From an uncultured Spirochaetota bacterium (lineage in GTDB: Bacteria > Spirochaetota > Brevinematia > Brevinematales > JAOACQ01): a stretch of DNA of 64,000 nucleotides. Within the stretch, counting starts at the first letter, position 1; each line of letters begins with the position of its first letter. Of this stretch, positions 48,854 through 59,638 are shown in pieces. The notes under the pieces are model-generated. The model had not been told where the DNA came from. It ran no database searches and saw only the letters and a program-made list of their open reading frames with translations. The stretch spans positions 256,001-320,000 of the forward strand of contig CAWAOD010000009.1 in the NCBI GenBank assembly GCA_963783575.1, given 5' to 3'. The position numbers and the translations under genes are program-made.

Positions 48854-51800
48854 TGATGGTAAAAAACCGGGTAAAAGGAAAATGTTATTTTCAATTGATC
48901 CTGATAGGAAAACAAATTCAGGACATGAAATGGCATTAAACTCCGGGAAAGATTTGATTGAAATTGCTGTCGAACTTGAAACGAATGGGCGCTTTATAGC
49001 GAATATAAATGTTCAGGTAACTTCAAATAACGCTTTTATAAATAAATTAATGTCCATAAATCTTGAGGGCGAACACTTCGGATTTGATTTTACCGGCGAT
49101 TTTTCATCAATACCTAATGAAATAAAAAATTTCCTGCTGTCATACAAATCATATCAATTAAACCTTATTCAGAAAATCGATAATTTTACCATCAGGATTA
49201 CATCGCCTGTAGATTTTCTTTTTTTTGACAAGCTTCTTTCCTTAAAGCCGAGGTTAATTTTGCACGGGAAAAGTTTTTACCCTGAGATTTCACAATCCTA
49301 TTATCCGCTGAAAATTGAAATGGATGACTCGGCTGAAAAACTGGTTTTAAATGATAAGAATGACTTATACCTGATCCAGACAACAGCACAGGATTTTGTT
49401 TTTGATCTTCATAAAGTTTATCCTGTTTTATCGCTTTTTAACAAAGATCTGAGCCGTGAAATATTTGTCAACGGTTTTATCCCGGCGGATTATGAAATTA
49501 AATTAAAACTTTTGTTTCAAAAATCTGAAAATAAGGAATGGATGAATCATTGGTTCAAGCTGCCGGAAGTAAAGGAATTTTCAGATGAAAATATCATTTT
49601 TTATTTTGAGCACGGGGAGAAGGAAAATTTTGTTTTGAAAGCTTTTTTTTCGGTAAAAACAAACGGTAAATGGAGGGAATATCCATTTTTATTCGATGAA
49701 ATAAGGAAATCGGCGCTGCTTCATGAGGATATTATTATCCCGATAAATAAGGACACTGTTTATATATGTAAAGCCGGCACTGATTTTTATAACAGGGTCG
49801 CACAGATAGGATTCGCCGTTAAGAATCATTTCTTTGAAATATTAAACGAGGTTAACGGGAATATAATTTCAACACCGGATAACGAGGCTTTATTTCAGAA
49901 GTTTTTACCCGCCATTCAATCATACGCGGAAATCAGGGGTGTGAATTCTAATATAAAAATGATTCATGGCACATTTGACGAAAAAAAGATTGTATTATCA
50001 TATGCTAAAGATAATGACACTCCCAGGATAGACTGGCTTGAGGTCGGATTCCAGTTTAAGATACAGGATATCGTATTAACCTTGAACGAGCTGTCGCAAT
50101 TGAGCAGGAACGGTTTTGTCCAGAAGGGAAATATCATACTGTCGGTAAATAATGAAGATTTAACGGAACTCAAGGAATTCCTGCTTGAAACCAGGCTCAA
50201 AAAAAATCATGATAAAATTTATATCAGTAAATATAATATTCCATATTTACTCAGGGAAGGCATTAATCTTCAGCTTCCCCAGGATATGAGAAATCTTCCG
50301 GCTGAAATGGATCTGTCGCTCAACAGGAAAAAGGCTCTGCAGGAAGTTCTTATTCCCGATGGTCTAAGCGGAATTCTAAGAGAATACCAGAAAACCGGTG
50401 TATACTGGTTAAACTTTTTAAACCGGTACGGTTTCGGCGGGATTCTGGCTGATGAAATGGGCCTCGGTAAAACCATACAGGTTCTGACTTATCTATTAAT
50501 TAATAAAAGAATTAGAAAGTCAGGCGGTGAAGATATTTCCGGGCCTCTGGATAATGGTTTATTCAGATACAGGACGGCTTTGATTGTATGCCCGACAGCG
50601 CTTTTATACAATTGGGTGGGAGAAATCCAGAAATTTATTGGCACTCAGTTATCTTATATTGTTATTGACGGAAATAAAGCCGAACGTGCGGGAAAAATTA
50701 AGGAAATTAACAATTATGATATTGCCATTACATCTTATCAGATGGTTCACAATGACAGTGAGGAATATAAAAATGTCCAGTTTTTTTACTGCATTCTCGA
50801 TGAAGCACAGCATATAAAAAATAAACAGGCTAAAAGGACTTTAAGCGTCAAAGGGATTCATGCCGCAAATAGGCTTGCCGTTACAGGAACACCAATTGAA
50901 AACAATATAGCTGAATTATGGTCGATCTTCGATTTTTTAATGCCGGATTTTCTAGGAACACATATCTGGTTTAAAAAATATATTGAAAACCCACTTAATT
51001 CCTTCAATAATCAGGAAAAAAATAAAACAATGGACAGGTTGAAAAAGCTTGTCAAACCTTTTATTCTTAGAAGGATCAAGGTTAATGTCTTAAAAGAGCT
51101 TCCGCCGAAGATCGAACAGGATGTTGAACTCGAGCTTACCGAAGCCCAGAAAGCAGTATATCTTGATACACTTTCACAGATTAGGAATAATTTGTTCAAA
51201 ATAGTCGAGGTTAAAGGGCTTGAAAATTCTTATATCGATTTTTTATCGGCTTTGACAAGACTTCGCCAGATTTGCCTTCATCCGGGATTGATAAATTCTG
51301 ATTATTTCAATGTTGAGGATATTTCCATCAAGCTCAAGGCATTAATGGAGCTGGTCTACGAGTCAATCGACAGCGGGCATAGAGTTGCAGTTTTCAGCCA
51401 GTTTGTCGAGATGCTCAAAATTATCAGGAAAGAACTTCATAATGACGAGATCGAATACCTCTATCTTGACGGCCAGACAAAAAACCGGGTTGATCTTGTT
51501 AATCATTTCAATCAGTCTGATATCCCGCTGTTTCTGATATCTCTTAAAGCCGGAGGAACCGGACTTAATTTGATCGGTGCCGATTCCGTGATCCTTTTCG
51601 ATCCATGGTGGAATCCCGCCGTTGAAAATCAGGCTATTGACCGTGTGCACCGCATCGGCCAGGTAAGCACAGTTAATGTTTACCGATTGATTACAAAGGG
51701 AACGATTGAAGAAAAGATTAAACGCCTTCAGGTTTATAAAAAAGAGGTTTTTGATAACCTAATTGCATCCAATCAAAGCTTTATTAAAAATATGAAGTGG

Positions 51801-51857
51801 CAGGATATTAAAAATTTGTTTGAACTGGAATCAAATGAATTAAAATCTGAAATTTAA
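48846..51857 (+). CDS. SNF2-family helicase/ATPase
   Basis: LREYQ, LADEMGLGKT, DEAQ, TGTPIEN, FSQF, SLKAGGTGLNL, DPWWNP, QAIDRVHRIGQ. Confidence 0.95.
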   Translation: MPDDGKKPGKRKMLFSIDPDRKTNSGHEMALNSGKDLIEIAVELETNGRFIANINVQVTSNNAFINKLMSINLEGEHFGFDFTGDFSSIPNEIKNFLLSYKSYQLNLIQKIDNFTIRITSPVDFLFFDKLLSLKPRLILHGKSFYPEISQSYYPLKIEMDDSAEKLVLNDKNDLYLIQTTAQDFVFDLHKVYPVLSLFNKDLSREIFVNGFIPADYEIKLKLLFQKSENKEWMNHWFKLPEVKEFSDENIIFYFEHGEKENFVLKAFFSVKTNGKWREYPFLFDEIRKSALLHEDIIIPINKDTVYICKAGTDFYNRVAQIGFAVKNHFFEILNEVNGNIISTPDNEALFQKFLPAIQSYAEIRGVNSNIKMIHGTFDEKKIVLSYAKDNDTPRIDWLEVGFQFKIQDIVLTLNELSQLSRNGFVQKGNIILSVNNEDLTELKEFLLETRLKKNHDKIYISKYNIPYLLREGINLQLPQDMRNLPAEMDLSLNRKKALQEVLIPDGLSGILREYQKTGVYWLNFLNRYGFGGILADEMGLGKTIQVLTYLLINKRIRKSGGEDISGPLDNGLFRYRTALIVCPTALLYNWVGEIQKFIGTQLSYIVIDGNKAERAGKIKEINNYDIAITSYQMVHNDSEEYKNVQFFYCILDEAQHIKNKQAKRTLSVKGIHAANRLAVTGTPIENNIAELWSIFDFLMPDFLGTHIWFKKYIENPLNSFNNQEKNKTMDRLKKLVKPFILRRIKVNVLKELPPKIEQDVELELTEAQKAVYLDTLSQIRNNLFKIVEVKGLENSYIDFLSALTRLRQICLHPGLINSDYFNVEDISIKLKALMELVYESIDSGHRVAVFSQFVEMLKIIRKELHNDEIEYLYLDGQTKNRVDLVNHFNQSDIPLFLISLKAGGTGLNLIGADSVILFDPWWNPAVENQAIDRVHRIGQVSTVNVYRLITKGTIEEKIKRLQVYKKEVFDNLIASNQSFIKNMKWQDIKNLFELESNELKSEI

Positions 51858-51859
51858 AT

Positions 51860-52261
51860 TTACCTGTTTTTTTTCTTATTGAAATAGATAGCCATTGTCT
51901 CAAAATAATAGTCTATCCACCCTTCCCTATATTCGTTGCTCTGCCCACCGGGAATATCAGTATGGTTAAGAGTAATTTTTGCTCCTTCCGCAGTATCCTC
52001 AAAAATTATTTCAAGCTTTGAATCCGGAGCTTCCTTAGGGAAGTCTGTGGTTCTCCAGTCCTGTAATATCCTCCTGTATGGCTCAAGCTCTACCGTTGTT
52101 CCCTGGATATAACCTTCCCAAGCAGCAAATTTTCCTCCAATCCGCGGATCTATCACAGCCTGGCTTCCTGTGAAAGCGGTATGTTCCTTGCTTGAAAGCC
52201 ATGCTTCGTATACTTCCCTTGCTGAGGCAGGAAAAACAGCAGATAACGACAAAGATTCCAT
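51860..52261 (-). CDS. SRPBCC/AHSA1-like protein
   Basis: VYEAWL..GGKF..ELEPYRRILQDW..GWIDYY. Confidence 0.88.
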   Translation of the reverse strand: MESLSLSAVFPASAREVYEAWLSSKEHTAFTGSQAVIDPRIGGKFAAWEGYIQGTTVELEPYRRILQDWRTTDFPKEAPDSKLEIIFEDTAEGAKITLNHTDIPGGQSNEYREGWIDYYFETMAIYFNKKKNR

Positions 52262-52359
52262 AATATTACCTCCCGTTTAGCGACATTATTTATCCCAGAA
52301 TGTGAACAAATAAGAATCTTGATATTTCAAAATTTTGGCCAAAAATATTCAGGGTGCAG

Positions 52360-52405
52360 CCCTTTGGTTCGACAAGCTCACCATAAACTCAACTCAGGGC
52401 AGGCT
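52360..52405. repeat. Nested REP-like element
   Basis: ccctt[tggttcgacaagctcacca]taaactcaactcagggcaggct, the same outer and inner sequences as at the IS copy 1 site. Confidence 0.75.
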
Positions 52406-52419
52406 ATCATGCTGCCTTG

Positions 52420-54042
52420 TTAAAGTTCATTATGATTTATTTCTTCCAAAATACTTACTTCATACGGCATCATTCTAAAATTGAGACTGAAATAGTCCTC
52501 AAGAAGATTTTTATGTGTTGAAAATAATACCTTCCAGCTTCCATTATCGTTTACATGGATTCTCTGAGTATTTTTTGAGAAATTTAAAGCGACAAAAATT
52601 TTCTGTTTGTCTTTTTTACGGTAATATGCCAGAATATTTTTCCCTGCCTTCGCAGATTCCCATGTCCCGCTGTTTATTGCGACTTTCTTTTTTCGCAAAT
52701 CAATTAATTTTTTATAAAAATTAAGCATTGAATTTGCGTCCTGTGATTCTTTTTCGATATTTGTTAAAAGATAATTTCCATTTAATGGAAGCCAAGGCTT
52801 AACTTTTGAAAACCCGGCATTTTCTCCGGAATTCCATTGCATCGGTGTTCTTTGAGGATCCCTTCCTTTATTAAAAGGCCAATATTTTTTCCCAACCGGA
52901 TCGATAATTTCGGATTTTTTTAATGGGGTATCGCTCATGCCTATTTCTTCGCCATAATAAAGGAATGGGGTTCCCTTAACAGTCAAAAGAAACGCCGCTG
53001 CAATTTTTGCCCTTTTGATCCCTTCCTTACCGTAGTTAAATCGAGTGAAATGCCTTGACACGTCGTGATTGGAAAGAGCAATTGCAGGCCATCCCTTTTC
53101 CGGGATCTCAGAATACCAATTCTCAAGGGCTTCAAGCATATTGCCTGACCCCCACTTTTTGAAAAGTAAAGAAAAATCGAATGTAAGATGAAGTTCATCC
53201 TCTCCGTCACCGAGGTATGAAGCAGCAAGCTTTGGATCTCCAGGATAAGCGGTCATAATCTCGCCTACCAACATAACGCCCGGGCATGAATTTATAAGTT
53301 TCCTGAAATATCTTAAAATATCATGCGTTTCAGGCTGGTCAATGTCATAAATATGTTTCTGCATATCATAAGGCCTGGGCGTAGGCCCGATTGTAAAAGG
53401 ATTGTCCCTCAATTCATCATCTTTTATGTAGCAGTTGGCAACATCAAGGCGGAATCCGTCAATCCCTTTATCCAGCCAGAAGACAATTTCGTCGGATACG
53501 GCTAGTTTAACCTCCGGATTCCTCCAATTTAAATCCGGTTGTTCCTTAAGGAATTTATGAAGATAATACTGCCCTGTAATTTCATCTATCTCCCAGGCAC
53601 TTCCTCCGAATACCGATTTCCAGTTATTCGGCGGCCTGCCTTTTTCTCCGTCATGCCATATATACCAGTTTCTTTTAGGGTTGTCTAAAGAGGATCGGGA
53701 TTCAACAAACCATTGATGGAGATGGGATGTGTGATTGACCACAAGATCCATAATAATTTTCAAATTCCGTTTGTGAGCTTCGGATATTAACCGTTCAAAG
53801 TCGGAATTTTCCCCGAATTGAGGGTCGATCTTTCGGTAATCGGATATATCATATCCGAAATCATACATTGGAGACTGATAAACCGGTGAAAGCCAGAATC
53901 CATCCATACCCAAACCGGCAATATAATCCAGTTTTTTAATGATCCCGTTGATATCACCTATTCCATCATTATTCGTATCAAGAAAGCTGCGGGGATAGAT
54001 TTGATATATCACACCGCTTTTCCACCATAAATTATTTTCCAC
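52420..54042 (-). CDS. GH13 alpha-glucosidase / oligo-1,6-glucosidase
   Basis: WWKSGVIYQIYPRSF, DLVVNHTS, QPDLN, GFRLDVA, VGE, SNHD; probable GTG start at 54042. Confidence 0.95.
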   Translation of the reverse strand: MENNLWWKSGVIYQIYPRSFLDTNNDGIGDINGIIKKLDYIAGLGMDGFWLSPVYQSPMYDFGYDISDYRKIDPQFGENSDFERLISEAHKRNLKIIMDLVVNHTSHLHQWFVESRSSLDNPKRNWYIWHDGEKGRPPNNWKSVFGGSAWEIDEITGQYYLHKFLKEQPDLNWRNPEVKLAVSDEIVFWLDKGIDGFRLDVANCYIKDDELRDNPFTIGPTPRPYDMQKHIYDIDQPETHDILRYFRKLINSCPGVMLVGEIMTAYPGDPKLAASYLGDGEDELHLTFDFSLLFKKWGSGNMLEALENWYSEIPEKGWPAIALSNHDVSRHFTRFNYGKEGIKRAKIAAAFLLTVKGTPFLYYGEEIGMSDTPLKKSEIIDPVGKKYWPFNKGRDPQRTPMQWNSGENAGFSKVKPWLPLNGNYLLTNIEKESQDANSMLNFYKKLIDLRKKKVAINSGTWESAKAGKNILAYYRKKDKQKIFVALNFSKNTQRIHVNDNGSWKVLFSTHKNLLEDYFSLNFRMMPYEVSILEEINHNEL

Positions 54043-54172
54043 AACAACCAGCCTCTTTATAACATTAATGGAAGATAGTTTAAAATAATGAGTTCGTTTA
54101 GTCAAGAATAAATTTTTCTATTTTTAATTGTATAAACTCAGAAAAATAATTATAATTTATAATAAATTTTAG

Positions 54173-55780
54173 ATGGTAAATAAGAAATATTATTATCAAC
54201 TACAGACGGTGAATAGGATGAAAAATCAAAGAAACGCGCAACTGCCTTTAAAATATTACTATACGAGTTCCAATGAATTTTATGTTAAAGCCATAAATTT
54301 TCTTGGTTTGATTACAAGTCTTGTCATGTTATACGGATTAATTATGCTTTGTTTAAAAAATCTGGAATTTTTTATAATATTTACACCATTTATATTGATA
54401 TTCCTGTTTTACTTAATCACCCATTTTCTCTTCAACCTGAAATATAGAAAATTCAATATTGAAAGCCACCGGAAATGGGCCGACCGGTTCTGGCGTGAAA
54501 ATAAAAATGAGCCTCCCGTGGATATCTTCATACCTTACTGCGGAGAAGGTTTAGAGATTATTAGAGAGACCGGCCAGGCAGCTAAAAATATTAATTATAA
54601 TAATAAAAATATTTATATCCTGGATGATTCCGGCGATGAGGAGGTCAGAAAATTAGCCTCGGAGATGGGAATAGGTTATTTCAGCAGGCCCGACAGGGGA
54701 TATATGAAAAAAGCCGGCAATTTAAATTATGCGATAGACAGGACAGAAGGCGACTTTATGGCTGTTTTTGACACTGACTTTATGCCTGAAGCGGATTTTT
54801 TAAAGGATCTTCTTCCTTATTTTTCAGATGAAAAAGTTGGAATTATTCAATCACCGCAATATTATATTGATGAAAGCAGTAATTTTTTCGGGAAGATTCT
54901 GCTGCAGGGATGTTCATCTTTACAGGAAGATTTTTATAAGATAATACAGCCCTCTAGAAATATTTATCATAGTGCGATTTGTGTGGGTACTAACCTTATT
55001 TACAGAAGATCTTCGCTTAAAATTTCCGGGGGAGTGGCAAATGTGCCGTATTGTGAAGATTTTGAAACCGGATTTGACGTTACGGCTGCAGGATTTAAAA
55101 TCCAGTATATCCCGCTGATACTTGCAAAAGGGCGCTGTCCAGAAAATCCGCAAGCTTATTTTAACCAGCACAGGCGCTGGTGCTATAGTTGTGTTAGACT
55201 ATTGTTTTCCAGAAAGTTTTTCAAAGCTCCGGTAGGTTTTATTGTCCGGGTGGCTTATATTTCAAACATATTCTATTATTTTACAGAGGGTTTTTCCATT
55301 TTAGTCATTTTTTTATTCACTGTTTTGATGACGGCAAGGCACCATGTAATCGATACAAGATACTTTGATTACTTTTTACCATATTTCCTTTATTTGTTCC
55401 TTGTCCAGCCATTATTCAGATTAAAAAAAATAAATATCGGGTCTTTTATAACAGCGACACTGCAATCTTTTGCCTATTTATACACTCTGATTGTTATGAT
55501 AATAAGCCGCGACCTGGATTGGATTCCTTCTCATAAAAAAATAAACAGGGCTACAACTCATTTTATTAATTTTATAATACTTTCAGCAGTAATAATTGCT
55601 ATTGAAATTTATAACCTGTGCACCGCGTTAGCTCTTAAAAATATTACTTTCAGGTTATGGTCATCCTATCCTTTCATTGGATGGTTTTTCTTTTTGTTTG
55701 CTACGCAAATTTTACTGATGTCATATTTAACCGGCTATTTGATTTCTATAAAAATTAAAAAGCCATTAGCTAAATCTTAA
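54173..55780 (+). CDS. Processive GT2 (cellulose synthase-like) polysaccharide synthase without PilZ domain
   Basis: VDIFIP, LDD, KAGNLN, FDTD, QSPQ, CED, QHRRW; TMs at both ends. Confidence 0.9.
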   Translation: MVNKKYYYQLQTVNRMKNQRNAQLPLKYYYTSSNEFYVKAINFLGLITSLVMLYGLIMLCLKNLEFFIIFTPFILIFLFYLITHFLFNLKYRKFNIESHRKWADRFWRENKNEPPVDIFIPYCGEGLEIIRETGQAAKNINYNNKNIYILDDSGDEEVRKLASEMGIGYFSRPDRGYMKKAGNLNYAIDRTEGDFMAVFDTDFMPEADFLKDLLPYFSDEKVGIIQSPQYYIDESSNFFGKILLQGCSSLQEDFYKIIQPSRNIYHSAICVGTNLIYRRSSLKISGGVANVPYCEDFETGFDVTAAGFKIQYIPLILAKGRCPENPQAYFNQHRRWCYSCVRLLFSRKFFKAPVGFIVRVAYISNIFYYFTEGFSILVIFLFTVLMTARHHVIDTRYFDYFLPYFLYLFLVQPLFRLKKINIGSFITATLQSFAYLYTLIVMIISRDLDWIPSHKKINRATTHFINFIILSAVIIAIEIYNLCTALALKNITFRLWSSYPFIGWFFFLFATQILLMSYLTGYLISIKIKKPLAKS

Positions 55781-55794
55781 TTTCGGAGGATTAA

Positions 55795-57696
55795 ATGCCC
55801 CGGTTTCTATTTTTAAGTTTATTTTCTATTTTAATAATATTTATTTCAGAATGGGGAGATCAGAAAAGCCTTTCAGCCGGATCAAAATATATAACAGTAA
55901 AAAATATTCAGGGTAAATGGTGGCTGATCAATCAGGATGGAAATCCCTTTTTTTCCATTGGTATGAATAATATACTGCCTGAAGATAACGAAGCGAAGCT
56001 TGGAGCAAGGCATTATAATGCTATGAAAAAATTTAAAAATTTACAGGACTGGACAATTGAAACTATTAATCTGCTGACAAATATAGGTTATAACACTATA
56101 GGCTGCTGGTCGTCACCGTTAATTTATAATCAGAAAATACTCTATACAATAGTCATTGAAGATCCGCAATCCGGATTATTCAAGCTTATTGATATTTTCG
56201 GCCCGAATTTTGAAAAAATTATTGATAGGGCTGTTACCAGATTCTGTCTTCCTCATAAAGATGATCCTTATTTAATGGGGTATTTCTTAGGCAACGATTT
56301 ATTCTGGTACGGGGATTATGCCTATTATACGGGACATAATTCATATCTTTTTGACAGATATTTTGATCTCCCGGCTTCTTCACCGGGGAAAAAAAAGGTT
56401 GCCGAATTTCTTCAGGATTATTATAAAAACATCAGTAATTTTAATAATAATTGGGGCACAAATTTTACTGAATTTAGCCAGATAACAAGAACAAGCCTGT
56501 ATCAATATACAATTAAAGACCTTAATACTCTCCGCGTCGAATTTCTAAAAATCGTTGCTGAGCACTTTTATTCCGTTTTGCATGATAAAATCCGTGCTGT
56601 TGATCCGTCCCATCTGATTTTCAGCGATCGTTACGCTAATTCAGTGCCGGAAGAAGTATTAAAGATCGGTAGTAAATACTGCGATATTGTTTCAATTAAT
56701 TATTACAAGAATTTGCCTGATATTGACAAAAAATTCCTTGCAGCGCTATCTTTCATCTCCGGCAAACCAGTTATAATTTCGGAATTTACATTCCGTTCAA
56801 TGGACAATACATCCGAATTAAAGAATGTTGTAGGGCCCGATACTACAGTCTCTAATCAGCAGGAAAGGGCGGATCATTTTAAAAAATACGCTATGGCATT
56901 TGCGGAGTTGCCTTTTATAGTCGGCTATCACTGGTTTCAATTTTTTGATGAACCTCAGGATGGAAGAGTTTCTGACGGAGAGGACAGTGATTACGGTATT
57001 TTTGATCAATTCGACAGGCCGTATTCATTACTTATCGAAGCAATGAAGAACACAAACCCTAAAATTGAATCAATTCACAGTAAAAGTAAAATTGTTATTC
57101 AGGCAGAAAATATAAAATTTATATATAAAACAATCGTGAGAACCGGCAAAAAGAATCCCGCTTTCGGGAGTATCTATCTCGATCCCGATACAGTTCAAAA
57201 CAGTATAGTATATTCCTGGGGAGATACCGGTAATGGGGCCAGGGTTGAACAGCAGAAAAAGAAGAACGGTCTTGAGGTTAAATTTGGTACCGGAGACGGA
57301 TGGGGCTGCGGTATTTCACTGCTCCCCCCGAATTATCAGAAAATAGGATACTTTGACGCCAGTGGCTTTAAAGGCATAAAATTAAGGATGTCTTTACCTT
57401 CTAAGTTGAAATTCATAATCATTCTAAATGAAAGCGGGGCTGATGTGCCATGGAAAAAGGATTATCCGGGTGCAAACGGTGCCGATGGTGAAAGCTATTC
57501 TACTGATGAGGATTTCGGCAATAGCAGAATTACGGAATATACTTATAATTTTGAAGATTTTAACATCCGTTCAATATATGGAAACCAGACGGGGAATCAT
57601 ATTCTGGATCTTCAGGCAATTAATGATATTGAGATTTCGATTCCGGGAAGTCAGGGTACAGGAACTATATTAATTGAAAATATTCAATTTTATTAA
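55795..57696 (+). CDS. Exported clan GH-A hydrolase (GH50/agarase-like) with C-terminal CBM-like domain
   Basis: GKWWLINQDGNPFFSIG, GYNTIGCWS, DPYLMGYFLGND, PVIISEF, IVGYHWFQFFDEP. Confidence 0.75.
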   Translation: MPRFLFLSLFSILIIFISEWGDQKSLSAGSKYITVKNIQGKWWLINQDGNPFFSIGMNNILPEDNEAKLGARHYNAMKKFKNLQDWTIETINLLTNIGYNTIGCWSSPLIYNQKILYTIVIEDPQSGLFKLIDIFGPNFEKIIDRAVTRFCLPHKDDPYLMGYFLGNDLFWYGDYAYYTGHNSYLFDRYFDLPASSPGKKKVAEFLQDYYKNISNFNNNWGTNFTEFSQITRTSLYQYTIKDLNTLRVEFLKIVAEHFYSVLHDKIRAVDPSHLIFSDRYANSVPEEVLKIGSKYCDIVSINYYKNLPDIDKKFLAALSFISGKPVIISEFTFRSMDNTSELKNVVGPDTTVSNQQERADHFKKYAMAFAELPFIVGYHWFQFFDEPQDGRVSDGEDSDYGIFDQFDRPYSLLIEAMKNTNPKIESIHSKSKIVIQAENIKFIYKTIVRTGKKNPAFGSIYLDPDTVQNSIVYSWGDTGNGARVEQQKKKNGLEVKFGTGDGWGCGISLLPPNYQKIGYFDASGFKGIKLRMSLPSKLKFIIILNESGADVPWKKDYPGANGADGESYSTDEDFGNSRITEYTYNFEDFNIRSIYGNQTGNHILDLQAINDIEISIPGSQGTGTILIENIQFY

Positions 57697-57700
57697 AACG

Positions 57701-58675
57701 TTATTTTTCCTTTCCAAGCATTAGAAAAAGTTCTTTAGATGAGTTTAGGTATTTTTCTTTTTTTATTTCCTTATACCACTGCTGTTCAACATATTTATTA
57801 TCCTGAACGCACGCATCCTGCCAGCCCTGCCCTTTCCACATTTCCTGTTTTTCCCAGTTGTTATTAATATAGCAAAGTGCTTTAATTCCATTTTTATCTA
57901 TAAAATTAAAAAAATTATCATACCAGGCTTTCCAGGATGACGGCCCCAAACAAGCTCCAATCCCTTTCGGAGTGCCTTCGGCTACCATTACCGGTTTATG
58001 GTGCGATTTTGCGAATGCAATCACAGGCTCCATTTGATTCTGCGGCTGGTCAAAATAGCTAAAACCTATCCAGTCCGTATAATTATCACCCGGATACCAG
58101 GCATTAAGCTCAGGTTTTGTATTATGTGCATGCACATGCCAGACATAAGCTATATTATTTACATTATATATTCTCAACTTATCAACAATATACCGGTATG
58201 CCTTTTTATAATTATCCGGATCATAATGATTATGCAGACCGTCACATTCATAACCTATCCGCAAATATACCGGAATTTTTACTTTATTGATCCATACCGC
58301 AAGCTTCTTGATATTTCCATCATATCTACCGTTATAAGTGTCCTGAAGGGCGTCAACCATATAGAGGCCTATCTGGAGAACTGTATTGGGATATTTTCTA
58401 ATCAATTCAGCGGCGTTCATTACGCCCGCTCCGTAGTCAGGTGATTCTCTATCAAGCCCCTCCATTTTTTGTATGGAGGTATAAACCATAAAACCAGCCG
58501 GGATCATTTTTTCTGACATGATATAATCCTCTATGGTTTTATTGTCCTGCCCTATAATAATTAGTTTTTTCCCGTCCGGCGGTTCATATTTTGATCTGAC
58601 CGTATTTGAAAATACAATCTGCCCTATAATAAAAACCAGCAGAAGCGCTAAAAGTAAGCTATAAAGTCGATTCAT
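57701..58675 (-). CDS. Exported GH26 hydrolase (beta-1,3-xylanase/mannanase-like)
   Basis: IIGQD, YLRIGYECD (acid/base Glu), WYPGDNYTDWIG, KPVMVAE (nucleophile). Confidence 0.85.
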   Translation of the reverse strand: MNRLYSLLLALLLVFIIGQIVFSNTVRSKYEPPDGKKLIIIGQDNKTIEDYIMSEKMIPAGFMVYTSIQKMEGLDRESPDYGAGVMNAAELIRKYPNTVLQIGLYMVDALQDTYNGRYDGNIKKLAVWINKVKIPVYLRIGYECDGLHNHYDPDNYKKAYRYIVDKLRIYNVNNIAYVWHVHAHNTKPELNAWYPGDNYTDWIGFSYFDQPQNQMEPVIAFAKSHHKPVMVAEGTPKGIGACLGPSSWKAWYDNFFNFIDKNGIKALCYINNNWEKQEMWKGQGWQDACVQDNKYVEQQWYKEIKKEKYLNSSKELFLMLGKEK

Positions 58676-58974
58676 ATAATTCTCGATCCTTTAAAAATCC
58701 CTACATAAAAAATATTGAATTTTTCAGAGAAAAAGGCAAAGTTAAATAAATTTCATTTCCTACTTAGTAAGTATAGTATAATGTTTTAATAAAAGCAAGA
58801 GTATTTTAAAATATTTTGCATTAATTAATTTCACTATTAACTGAAAGTAATAAAATTAAGTGTTTTTATTCAGAAATATGAAGATATCAGGCAAAATTAT
58901 GCAGAATTCATATTTATAAAATAATCCAACAATAAAATTATTAAATAAATTTAATTTAACAATAATTTTCAATG

Positions 58975-59002
58975 TTGACATTATTTCAATATAATGTATA
59001 AT
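58975..59002 (+). promoter_or_regulatory. Near-consensus sigma70 promoter upstream of the PilZ gene
   Basis: TTGACA-16 bp-TATAAT. Confidence 0.6.
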
Positions 59003-59119
59003 TTTAATTAAAGAATAAAGATCATAGATTATTAACTGGGAATTTCGTTTAATCTAACTCTAATGGTTATTCTTTGAAGATTATTATTAAGAATAAATAA
59101 GGATTCGGAGGTAATTAAA

Positions 59120-59449
59120 ATGTATTCTGAAGAAAAACGAAGGTCTCCAAGATGCACATTCGAGCAGATAATTAATATATCAAATAACCGGGAGACATAT
59201 ATCCAGGCTGATGGTATTAACATCAGCGAATTTGGCATAATGTGCGGGACAAAAGAAAAATGCGATCCTTATGACCGGTTGTTTCTGATGTTTACAATTA
59301 ATAATGGCGATACAGAAAGAACTATCCAGTGTGACGGTATGGTAATACACAGCAATAAAAAAGATGATTCTTTTGAAACAGGAATACAGTTTGAAGATTT
59401 AACCAGTGAAGATAAAGCCTTTATAGCAAGTTATTTGAAGTGTTTATAA
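59120..59449 (+). CDS. Stand-alone PilZ-domain c-di-GMP receptor
   Basis: EKRRSPR (RxxxR), NISEFG (D/NxSxxG), GIQF. Confidence 0.9.
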   Translation: MYSEEKRRSPRCTFEQIINISNNRETYIQADGINISEFGIMCGTKEKCDPYDRLFLMFTINNGDTERTIQCDGMVIHSNKKDDSFETGIQFEDLTSEDKAFIASYLKCL

Positions 59450-59638
59450 ACACCCGATTCGCCGGTTAAGAATTACAAATTCATAAGTCAGGCTTTTGTT
59501 ATACCAAACAATTCAATATAATCATTCGACTGATTATTTCTTAATAAAAAATATTGAATAATTTAACAAAAATTGCATAAAAATCGTTATTCTCCGGTAG
59601 TATTTAATATAGTTAAATTCAAGATTAAGGAGATTTTT

